From Cenococcum geophilum (Eukaryota), in the NCBI GenBank assembly GCA_050273025.1, contig CP158636.1, forward strand, positions 9,486,001-9,550,000: a stretch of 64,000 bases of DNA, written 5' to 3'. The position numbers were made by a program, and so were the translations under genes. Of this stretch, positions 15,001 to 25,865 are shown piece after piece; the stretch's first letter is position 1; each line of letters begins with the position of its first letter. The notes under the pieces were generated by a model that did no database searches, was not told the DNA's origin, and was given only the letters and a program-made list of their open reading frames with translations.

Positions 15001-15539
15001 TAAATCTTTATACAGACCTTATAGAAACAGCTAAGGTAGTACAGCAAAGGATAAAAAAGTACTACGATGCTAAGAGATCTAAGGGACCAGATCTTAAGGA
15101 GGGAGATAAAGTATAGCTACTACACAAAAATTTTAAAAGTCGACGACTAAGTAAGAAGTTAGACTACGTTAGACTAAGGCCTTTTAAAATTATATAAAGA
15201 ATTTCACTGGTTATATTTAAGTTAAATCTACTAGCTAGGATAAAGATCTACCCTATATAGTATATTATAATGCTAGAGCCAGCACACGGGAATATTAAGC
15301 TACTAATTTATAAGGTAGATATATACAGAGGATAAGAAGAAGATAAATAGCAAGTTTTAAAGATCGTTAGTTACGAGGACGTAGATAATAAAGTATAGTA
15401 TAAAGTAAAGTAGATAGGCTATAACGAGACTACCTAGGAGCTACTAGAGAACCTAAAGAACGCTATAGGAAAGGTATAGGAGTATTAGAAGAGAAAAGGT
15501 CAGGTAATATTAATAAAGAGGAATTACTAAAGAACGAGT

Positions 15540-16135
15540 TACCTAAGGGGAACCTAGGAAGGGCGACTACCGAACTACTTAGAGTTGTTTCCTTCTCTAT
15601 TGGAAGAAAATCCGTTCTTTTATTATTAAGTTCCTGCAGACCTTGTTCCACAAGCTTCCACTTCTTAAAATAAACTTTCTCGCGAACTTTCTTAAGATAA
15701 ATTAGTTAAGTAGACGCAGCAAGATAAGAATTAAGAGCCCGTTATTAAGCATTAGTAGCCTCTTTCTTGGCGTTATGCGAATAATAAAGTTCCGCCAAAG
15801 TAATGGACAACTTATTATTAAGCTTCGCAGCAGCAAATTAAATATAAGACCCTATAACAAATTACTTAGGGAACTTAAAGGCTATTAAGAGCTATAGGAC
15901 GCGCACACTTAGTGTTGGAAATTAAGCGAATATTATAAGACGATTAAATGTTTGCTCTAGTGCACTCTAAATAAGAGGAAGGTTGCCGAGATAAAGGACT
16001 TGCTAATATAACATAAACCAACCCCTCTTTCGCATAATAAGAACACGGAGATAGTATTACTTCACCAAGCGATAGTATAGAAGAGACTGTACGCGTATAA
16101 TAAAGAGTTAAAGAAGAAGAAGGTGCTTTAGGCAT
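15540..16135 (-). pseudogene. Antisense extra ORF between pol and the 3' LTR (Cys-rich plus probable coiled coil)
   Basis: MPKAPSSS...PCSY(C)AKEGLV(C)VILASPLSRQPSS(C)LECTRANI-SS(C); downstream segment EQGLQELNNK (ORF-track hits 15944-16147 and 15463-15651). Confidence 0.55.
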
Positions 16136-16243
16136 TATAAGTAACAATATTAACTAAATTAATTAGACGGATATTATACCTTTAGTAAATAACTTAGAGA
16201 TGCTAGGTATCTTTAAGGATAAAGATAGAGAGAAGGGAGATAG

Positions 16244-16664
16244 TGTTACAGACGCTTTAAGTATAATATTACGACTACTTAGAGAGGAGTTAAAAGAAGC
16301 TAGTTGGTTAATATAAGCACGGTCTAAAATGGAACCCATAGAACTATATGACGAGGAATAGTAAGCAGAGTCACGTGATATAATCTGTGTAATCTGTATA
16401 ATCTATAAGATCTATAATAGAGCGAATAGAGTAGATAGAGTAGATAGAGTAACGACTTTCTTAGGAATACGGTTGTGTATTTAAGGACCCTTAGTCCCTA
16501 CCTAAATAGTTCTTTCCTCGTAGTAATTCTCAGAATATAATTGGAGTTAATCTGTTGGGCAACCACTCCACTAGTTATTATTACGTTATTAACTTACTTG
16601 CAATACCTACATACCTAGCCCATTAACGAGTCCACCGTAGTTCTTACTATAAGGCTCCGTTACA
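16244..16664 (+). repeat. Gypsy 3' LTR
   Basis: TGTTACA...GTTACA termini, preceded by the PPT and followed by the TSD. Confidence 0.95.
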
Positions 16665-16669
16665 AGGGG

Positions 16670-18010
16670 TAGATATAGCAGCTTTAGTATATCCTTTATA
16701 GGGTAAGCTTTAACCTTATTTTACTTAGTTTAGATCCTATATAGGTAAAGAAACTAGTATTTTAGGCGGGCCTAATTATAAGGTATCCTTTATAGGTAAG
16801 CTTTAACCTTATTTTAGTAAAAGTTGGTGTCTTAAAAGGGCCTAACTATAAGGCGTTACGGGTTAGAATAAGTATAGTAGGCCTTTATCCTAGAGTAGAG
16901 CAGGTAGAAAAAGTAAGTATAGCGGGCCTCTACTTTAGTATAGATAGATAGAGAGAGTAAGTATAGCAGGTCTCTGCTCTAGTATAGATAGAAAAAGTAA
17001 GTATAGCGGGCCTTTGCTTTAGGGTAATAGTATTAAAATAAAGGTTATCTTTATTCTACTACTTAAACGTATTATAACTACTCTTATCCCCTTAAAGTAT
17101 ATATGCTTTAGGGTAGTAGTATTAAAATAAAGGTTATCTTTATTCTACTACTTAAACGTATTATAACTACTCTTATCTCCTTAAAGTATATAAGCTTATA
17201 GCAGTTTACTAGGATACTAGGGGGATAATAATAGGGAGCTTAACGCGCGCTCTAATTAGCTTAGGAGTTTATAGTAGTTTACTAGAAGACCTTAGAAATA
17301 ATAATAGCAAGGGGCTTAGCGCGCGCTATAATTAGCCTAGAAGTTTATAGTAGTTTACTAAAAGACCTTAAGGAATAATAATAATAATAGTAGAGAGCTT
17401 AGCGCGCGTTTTAATTGGCCTAGAAGTTTATAGTAGTTTACTAGAAAACTATAGGGAATAATAATACCTGCCCCTTACCCTACCACGCGTAAGAATGCCC
17501 TACTACCATATTCCTACCCCTATTTAGTACTATTGCATTCCTCCTATTATTTAAGGCTATAATGCCATTAGCTACGCCTAAATAGGAGGAGCGACGATAA
17601 TAGTAAGAAACTCGGCACTTACTTTAATTGGCTTAGGAGTTTATAGTAGTTTACCGCTAATAAACTATATAGCTTAATAACGCCAGCCTTTATTCTGCTA
17701 TATATAAGAATATAAGCCTCTACTATTACGGCGTTCCTACCCCTATTAAGTACTATTATACTCCTACTGTTCTTTAAGGCTATAATATTATTAACTACGC
17801 TTAAACCGGTATACTTTTACTTATAGTTTTTAGGAGGAAATAAAAGGGGCGATAATAATAATAGTAGGAAATTAGTATCCATTTTAATTGGCCTAGGAGT
17901 TTATAGTAGTTTAGGTAATATTTAAGTTTAGGTTAATCTCTAGCTTAAAGGTTAAAGGTAGGAGAGCCTTGCTCTAATTAGCCTAGGAGTTTATAGTAGT
18001 TCGGATAATA
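16670..18010. repeat. Complex array of degenerate tandem repeats (about 95, 45, 89 and 78 bp units)
   Basis: The ~95-bp unit continues from 8480-8590 across the Gypsy insertion; AAGTAAGTATAGCGGGCCT occurs 4 times; 17017-17190 is a duplication; TAATTRGCYTAGRAGTTTATAG occurs 6 times. Confidence 0.75.
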
Positions 18011-18257
18011 TCTAAGTAAGGAGCTTAAGAGATATCTAGCCCGTAACCTATATTTAAGTTAAAGGTAAGATTTACCTTATCTAACCTATCGCTAATAATA
18101 TTAGTAAACTCTTATATATCCGTAAAGCTAGTTAGGTTATTAATATTTAAAAAAGGATGGAAAAAAGTAGCTAAATATAGGTTTTATATATAGAGCTGGT
18201 TAAACTACTTAATCCTCTCTACTAAAACATCTATACTAGTATAGAGAATATTATAAG

Positions 18258-18429
18258 TGTCGGAATGTTAGTCACGTGACGTGGTTACGAGACCACGAAG
18301 CGAGGCTAGCTAATCTGACCTTAGAGTAAACCCCTATTTCTAGACTATCAATTAACTACTAACTTCAACACCGCATACGTACCACTACAAGTGATATTCG
18401 TGCACGTTAATAATGCAAGTATACCGACA
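18258..18429 (+). mobile_element. Solo LTR (172 bp)
   Basis: TGTCGG...CCGACA flanked by TSD ATAAG (18253-18257, 18430-18434); reverse-complement homologue of the LTRs at 25673-25846 and 37073-37246. Confidence 0.92.
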
Positions 18430-18585
18430 ATAAGAGTTAAATAGCTATAAGCCTACTAGCTACCTAGGGCCTCGCGGTATAGCTAGATTACTTAAATAGA
18501 TGGTATAAGCAAGTAGGAATATATTAAGTTCTATAGAAGCCTACATATAAATACTTAATATCTCTTTACTAAACGTATGCCCCAT

Positions 18586-21007
18586 TGTCGGGAATGAGGC
18601 AAGCGGTCGTTACGTGTCGACGTGGCCCTAGCGTGGTGAGGAACCTTAAGTTCCTTACCCCTTTCCTTATTCCAATCAATATAAGAATAGAACAATCATT
18701 ATACTATCTACGAACCATAGCTACGTAATATCCCCCTTGTGAGTCCAATACTGATTAGTGGTTAACTTTACTGTTATACTATAGAACAGCTAGGTATTAC
18801 TAAGAAGAGACGAGCCACTATACCAGTGCTACTCGTGCTAGAGGAAGCTGTCTTTTAAGGTTAGAACTGGTCCTAAACCTTAAATAGAACTCTTCTACGA
18901 ATCTAAGGATCTAAAAGGCCAGAACTGGTTTTAAGCCTTTCTAAGATTACGGATTCTTGCGTCCATTACGCAGAATAACACGCTTTATAAGTCTTCGCGA
19001 TTTAAGGCTAGAACTGGTTTTGAGCCCTATAATCGCAAACATACGTCTAAACGCGTACTAAATGACGAACGCGTACTAAACGACGAACGCGTACTAAATG
19101 ATAACCCCTACACTAAACGACAATCCCTATACTAATAATACTTCCCTTTCTCCGAAAACATGGCTATTCCAGACAACTGGAGAGACTCCCTACTACTAGG
19201 GGTAGCTGCGTACGCGAAACTTATTAATAAAGATTGGGACGAATTTACTATTAACATAATAACTTATACCGCAAAACAAGTTAATGGCTTTCTCCTATAC
19301 CGTATTGTGTTCTACTAAAGTAGACACTACGCCGATTTATAACTATGGGAATATTTTAGGGAGGATTTTATGGGATGGACTGCCAACACCTAGGCACTTA
19401 GTAATATTTATATTATTTAAGATTTTTAAGACTTCCTTTGGGAGAAAGGAGTATTTGTCCTTATAAACGGGGGTACTATTAGAGATAATATTCAGCAAGT
19501 CCTTAACGTAGAAGAAGAGCACGAATGGACTCTATAAGAGATTGAGCACCAAAAGAAGTTTAACTCTTAAGGGAATCCTAATAATAGACAGCCACAAGTA
19601 ACACTACAGATAATCTTAGGCTATTAAATACCTTAAGTTCCTTAGGCTGCCGTATCTTAACCCGTGCCTTAACCTCCGCAGCAATATCCGCAATAACCTC
19701 CGTCTTTAGTTCCGCAGCCATTACTTCCACCTCCGTCTTCAGTTCCCCAGTATCCACCTCTGTCTTTAGTTCTGTATCTATCGCAGCAGCCTCCGCAGCA
19801 ATCTCCGCAGCAACCTCCGCAGCAATCTCCGCAATAACCTCCGCAATAACCCAGATCTACGTTACCACCGCAAGATTAGGAGAAGTTTAGCAGGGAATTG
19901 GAATACGGCAGAGGGTACGATCAATATCGGCTATAAAGCACTGATGGAGGTTCTCGTGGAGACCCTTATAGAGGTTCTCGTGGAGACCCTTATAGAGGTT
20001 CTCGTGGAGGTCCTCGTGGAGGTCCTCGTGGAGGCTCTCGTGGAGGTCCTCGCAGAGGTCCTCGTGGAGGTCCTGGTAGAGGTCCTGGTAGAGGTCCTTA
20101 TGGAGGTCCTCGTGGAGGTCCTCGTGGAGGCTCTCGTGGAGGTCCTCGCAGAGGTCCTCGTGGAGGTCCTTATGGAGGTCCTCATAGAGGTCCTCGCAGA
20201 GGTCCTTGTGGAGGTCCTCATAGAGGTCCTCATAGAGGTCCTTGTGGAGGTCCTCATAGAGGTCCTCGTGGAGGTCCTTATAGAGGTCCTTGTGGAGGTC
20301 CTTATAGAGGTCCTCGTAGAGGTCCTTGTGGAGGTCCTTATAGAGGTCCTTATAGAGGTCCTCGTGGAGGTCCTCATGGAGGTCCTCGCAGAGGTTCTTG
20401 TAGAGGTCCTTGTAGAGCATTAAGAACTCTTTGGGATTTAATGGATTAGTGGCTAAGATAACCCGGTAAATGCGATAATAAAGGCAATTTAAGAGCATTC
20501 CTATTGGTCGACTGTCGTTCCCATTTGCTTGAGCTAGCCGTATCTAGTTACGCTCCGCTAGCTCCGCAACTCTATTTTAACGACATAGTTTTCTAGGGTG
20601 TACTACCTGCCAAATTCCTACCATACTCTGCCGACCCTAACTTCTGCCAGCTAATTAGGATTTTCCATCCCCGGGATGGAAAATCGCTATTGGCTCGCTT
20701 ACTACTAGCGCCTTGGCGACTCCCTTTATATTCTCATTAAACCTAACGTCCTTCTTTATCTTCTTCTTCTCCTTAGCTTTATATCTTTATATAGTGGCAA
20801 TCTATAAGTGTATAGAGATAGCAACTATAAAAGAAGAGTTGCTAGTGTCGGGAATGAGGCAAGCGGTCGTTACGTGTCGACGTGGCCCTAGCGTGGTGAG
20901 GAACCTTAAGTTCCTCACCCCTTTCCTTATTCTAATCAATATAAGAATAACAATTATCATACTATCTACGAACCGTAGCTACGTGATATCACCTTGTAAG
21001 TCCAACA
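18586..21007 (+). mobile_element. Non-autonomous 2.4-kb Copia derivative (gag N-terminus plus minisatellite, no pol)
   Basis: LTRs at 18586-18750 and 20846-21007; flanks CCAT/CTAT. Internal 18770-19560 is the reverse complement of ~63230-64000, and the LTR and 3' flank match 58168-58420. Confidence 0.9.
19944..20416 (+). repeat. 12-bp minisatellite (consensus CGTGGAGGTCCT / CATAGAGGTCCT), about 39 units
   Basis: Directly visible; it explains the three overlapping low-complexity ORFs in the track. Confidence 0.95.
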
Positions 21008-21280
21008 CTATTTTACCACGCATTATTCTAACCGTTACGTTTAATAGATATACCTAATTAAATATAATATTAGTATCGTGGGTAGAGTTCTTATAATACT
21101 TTATCTTAATTTTATAGCTGCCGTTTTAGTACTCTAATTTAAGATTAACGGCCTTATGCGTATTAAGAGACCTAAGCTAGTTTATAAACCCTAAAGCTAG
21201 TATTATATACTAAAGTTTAGGCGAATTTACTAAAGTAAAATTCTGCTAATAGAATAGTATCTTACGGCTATAATTATACT

Positions 21281-23960
21281 AGCCCGCAAAGTCCTACTGT
21301 ACGCGTCCACGTCGCCGCGGGTGGAAACATTATCTAGAATCCGTTCCTCTTGATGGCCAAGTGCAGAGGCGATAGTAGAGAGCCGTCGCAGCGCGTGCAG
21401 CGCGCTGTTATGGCGACTCTATAGTATTAAGCTCGCGACGTGTATATCGCCCTTAGTAACACCAGGAGCCTTACTGCCTCTGCTTAGAGCTCTTGTTTTA
21501 CTATTTAGGGAGGCCTATTAAGGGAAACTAGGATACGAAAACTACCCGATATACGACTACCTGGCTCGTAGCCAGGCCCGAAACTAGCCTTATTATCAGC
21601 CAGTCGACGTAGACACGTCCTAGTCGTACAACAGGACACCCTTGGGCTTGCACTAGCTCTAAGATCGCAAAGGAACGCGGCAAGGGCGTAGGGAACCTCT
21701 TTTTTATAAGAACTTGTTAAGGTTAACGCGTCGCAGATTTGTACGAAACTTGTTAAGGCCCCAAGGCCACCGCGAAGAACTTGTTAAGGCCCTGCCTAGA
21801 GAACTCGTTAAGGCCCCTCTATGAGGGTCTATCTGGTATCTAGTACACTCAGGTGACTTAGAAGAGGGTCTTAATAGGCGTAGTGCGCGCGACCTGGACG
21901 ATAGACGCGATAGCGACGTGATAGCGACGCGACGGCGACCAGACGGCTTGACGAGGTGGAAATATGGGCAAGCTCTAGGCAGCGGAAACACAGGCCAGCT
22001 TCGACGGCCCTATGGCGCTCGACCTACGGTCGACCTACAGGTGACTTATAGGAGGGTCTTAATAGGTGTGGTGCACGCAACCTGCGCATATATATAAGGG
22101 AGGCTCTAAGGAAACACAGGCCAGTTGTATAAGGACTTAACAGTTTAGAGATATAGGCTAGCTTATAAAAAAGGGGGGACATAAGCTTGGTTAGTAGGAG
22201 AGGGTAGAGTAGGTTACCTGGCGCGGGACCGAGTATTTATAACCCCTCCTGTAAGACACGGTCGGCCTATTATAAGGAGACTCTTATAGGTAACGCGAAA
22301 CGGGAACTGGCAGTAGTATAGGGTGTAGCGCCCCTATACTACTACTAGCCTCCCGCGGGGCGTAGTGCGTAGTAGCTACTGCTAGCTCTAGGGACCTTAC
22401 CCCTTAGCTAGGCTCTAACCTCTAGTGTACCTAGTAGGTAGGTAGGATTACGTCCTAGCTAGAGAGACTACTATGTAGCTTAAGAGAATGGATGCATATG
22501 TCGGTGTACTAATAGATAGGACTACTCGCTAGGGTAGTACGCTAGTGAAGTACGCTTAAGGAGCAAACAGGAGTTACTTAGGCGGGAGAGGCTTAGCTAG
22601 CCTTAACCGTAGAAGGTACCTAAGGCTTCCATATTACAGGATGTAGCTATAATGCCCTTATAGGACTACGCCAGTAGGCACGTAAGACGGGAGTTGCGAC
22701 CCCTGTAAATAGTAGCTTATACCTATGCCGGCGGAAATAATAAAAAGAGGCATAAAACTAGAGGCTATGGAAGGCTCCTAAGCCGTATAAAAGCGTACTA
22801 ATACTAGGAGGGAACTCTTATATAGACTGCTAGGGGGCAGTCTAGTACTTAGGCTAATAACCTATTATAAGATACCCGAGAGAACTAGTGAAATTCCCCG
22901 TGTTATAGGTGGTGGCAGCTAACTGCTTATAAAAAGCCCCAAGCCCTAGGGCTTAGTAAGGAAAAGCTACTTAAAAACTAAGGTAGAGGCCTAGATAAGC
23001 AGGTATGTCAAACTCTACTATATAACTACCTGTCTAGAAAAGCGACTTCTGCACCCCTATGCGGTAGAGCCTAGAAACCTAGCAGCTACTATTGATATTC
23101 CATTTAGATTGTATTAATAGACTACCAGAGTAAACGCAGAGACGTATATACGGCTGCGCAGCGCCTGCGCAGCGACGTCGTGGTGGTGTAAAGATTTTTT
23201 ACTAAGGGGTAAGCCTTAGCAAAAAAGTTTAAACACCGCTACTACGTCTCTAATATATATATTTGGACATCAAATCGACAAGTATTATCCCTTCGGCGTA
23301 CCCCCTCCCTCCTATAAATACTATACACACCGTATAGCATCTATACATATACATAAGCAATCCGCGCCCTAAGCGTAGCAGAGGCCCCCTATTTTAATAT
23401 TATCTAGTAACCTAGGTATCTAGTTATAGGGATTAGGCCCCCTATTAAATACTAGATTGTCCTCCTATACCTTATAAATAGGTATAAGGGCCTAGGTTTA
23501 GGCCCTAGGGCAAAAGCGATACCAAGTTATATACACCCTATTGTAGAAACCCTTTAATAGAGAAGTGGATAAAAGACCTTAGCATATAGGCCCAGGCGGA
23601 ACGCAAGTGTTATTTATTAGGAGATATTTACAGGAGACTTAGAAAAGGAGCTAGGGATAGGCACATGACTTAGATAAGCAATATATAAATATAGCAAAGA
23701 TGGTTTAAATGGTAGATAGGGCAAGATAGGTATTTAGATACTCCTATATAAAGGGAGTCTCAAAGCAGCAACCTAATAGTGTTTTTCCTCCCGTTAATGT
23801 AGTATGGATGTTATCTGGAATATTACCTCTTACGTCTCCCCTAGGGGTTTTTTGTACACTTAAAAATGGGGTTTTTCTCAGTAAGGAGGTTTTTCCCATA
23901 GGAATTAGTCTGTGTAGACCCATTAGGGGGACCAGGTCGGACGGTAAATTAAATCTTATA
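21281..23960 (+). mobile_element. 2.7-kb non-autonomous non-LTR-type insertion
   Basis: 12-bp TSD TATAATTATACT (21269-21280, 23961-23972); no LTR, TIR or RT seen. Its 5' part recurs at 31374-32810 starting at the same base. Strand inferred from that chimera. Confidence 0.7.
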
Positions 23961-23972
23961 TATAATTATACT

Positions 23973-25100
23973 ATAATATACTAAAGATGTAGATAATAAA
24001 GGGGTTAATAAGCCATTATAGTATACTTATATTGGCATGTTTAATAGTATACCAAATAGTAAAAAGTAGCTTAGCTTTTTAAAGTAGGTAATATATTACC
24101 CGAAACTCGATATTACTATATACACACCTACTTAAGTCTATACTGCTCTATACTTTAATATTAAAAATAGTAGACTAATTATCCTTAACTATTTTCAGGA
24201 ACTGCTTTAGTATAAGGCAACTAATTGCCTAAGTAATATTCTCTATATATTCCAATAATAACGGATTAAATAGGTTAGATAGTTTAGGTATTATAATAAG
24301 GAGACCTTAGCGCTATATAGCTGTATAGAAGAGAGCTTCTACGCGCGCTATAAAGCCCTACTTAATAATTGGTACCACTTAATAGTACTTAGCGTTCTCT
24401 TATATAAATAGTATATAATTTTATAAAGTAGTGCCGGATCTTAAACAGTAGTGCGCCTCCTCTTAATAGTCCTTAGGCGCTAAATACGTGCGTATAATAG
24501 TGTTATATAGATTTATCTTAATATAGAACTATATATATAAACTAAAAAGCTAGTCCTAATGGTTAAAAGGACGACCTATATAGCCATATAGGCCTATTTC
24601 TATTTTACCAACCTAATATAATATATAATAAGCTAGTTAATATAGGTAAGCTAGAGCTAATTAGTAAAGTTGTTATATATAGAGCTATAAGGGTTATCTA
24701 GAGCCTAAAGTCTAAGCTAGTTAAGGAAGATATTCTTATAGATACCGTATATATCCTAGATAGTACCTTTATCTTCTATTATAGTACTAAACTGCTAAAA
24801 CTTAATCTTTTTAGTGTTAATATAGTGTATACTTAGTATTTAAGGGGAAAGATTACTTTTAGTAAAGACGCGCTCTACCCTATATAGATAAACTCCCTTT
24901 ATTACACTGGCAATAAGATAATAACTAATTTTTAGTGTTAACTTGCCTCTAATAAAGCTAGGTAACTAAAAGATATTATTAGGTTATAGCGGTTTTATTA
25001 AATTATATATTAATTAGCGTAGCCTAGAGAAATGCAATTTAGGGTAAAATATAATAGCCGCGGTTATTAATAAACGTATAATAGACGTATAACTAAGCAA
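23973..25100 (+). pseudogene. RIPped ORF remnant of unknown family, continuing from 21012-21280 across the insertion
   Basis: The frame reads through the empty site (YLTAIIIL*YTKDVDNKGVNKPL*) and again over ~24240-24900 with mostly TAA/TAG interruptions. Confidence 0.3.
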
Positions 25101-25865
25101 CTTATTGCGTTTTATGTCCTTAAAGTTTATATTATCGTATATAACCACTATTTATGGGTTATACGCCAGAGTTTTAAAGTGCCTTTATAAATATTAGCCC
25201 CTAATTAGCTTAGGAGTTTATAAAAGTTAATTTAATTAGCTTAGGAGTTTGCAGATATTTATAGGAGTTATTATTAAATAGAGATAAAATAGTTAATATA
25301 CTTCTACCTTTTCCGTAATACTACCTATAATGCAATTTATTAAATAATAAATATAATATAGTCTAAAGCCTAATAATGTTTTAAATAACCTCCTTTTTAT
25401 ACTAGGGCCTATAAGATAGATATCTATAAGCAAAATAAAGAAATTAAACCACTTCTTTACTCTAAAGGTATAGATTATGCTAGTAATAGTATATACCCAC
25501 TTAACTAAAATATCCTAAGCTCCTACCTTCTAACCTCCTACTAGATAACTTGCTTTATATATACGCTAGTTACTAAGCAGCTATAGTAAAGTTATATACT
25601 ATATTAAAGTAATATCCAGTATAGTATAGAAGGCGATTTTAAAGTCTAGCTCCTTTATATTTAATATTTTATTATTAGTATACTCGCATTATTAACGTGC
25701 ACGAATATCACTTATAGTGGTACGTATACTATATTGAAGTTAGTAGTTAATTAATTGTTTCTAGAAGTAAGGGGTTGCTCCGAAGTCAGACTAGTTAACC
25801 TCGCTTCGTAGTCTCGTAACCACGTTATATAATTAACGTTCCGACACTAGAGCAACTCTAAGAAG

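Larger units (their letters stand above)
8636..16664 (+). mobile_element. Full-length Ty3/Gypsy chromovirus, RIP-inactivated
   Basis: 421-bp LTRs at 8636-9056 and 16244-16664; TSD AGGGG (8631-8635, 16665-16669); PPT GATAGAGAGAAGGGAGATAG before the 3' LTR. gag from ATG 9097 with CCHC knuckle ~10102-10143; protease VLVDS(G)A ~12243; RT YL(D)(D)IIIY ~13208; RNase H TDAL(S)DYALGA ~13652; integrase ~14270-14950; chromodomain ~15335-15490. Confidence 0.95.

Noticed and set aside
16860..18010. CRISPR-like repeat-spacer array
   Set aside because: Eukaryotic TE context, spacers are related to each other and irregular, and there are no cas genes.
19887..20498. Three overlapping ORFs (EDLH, RTST, EVLV repeats) as real genes
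   Set aside because: By-products of a stop-poor 12-bp minisatellite.
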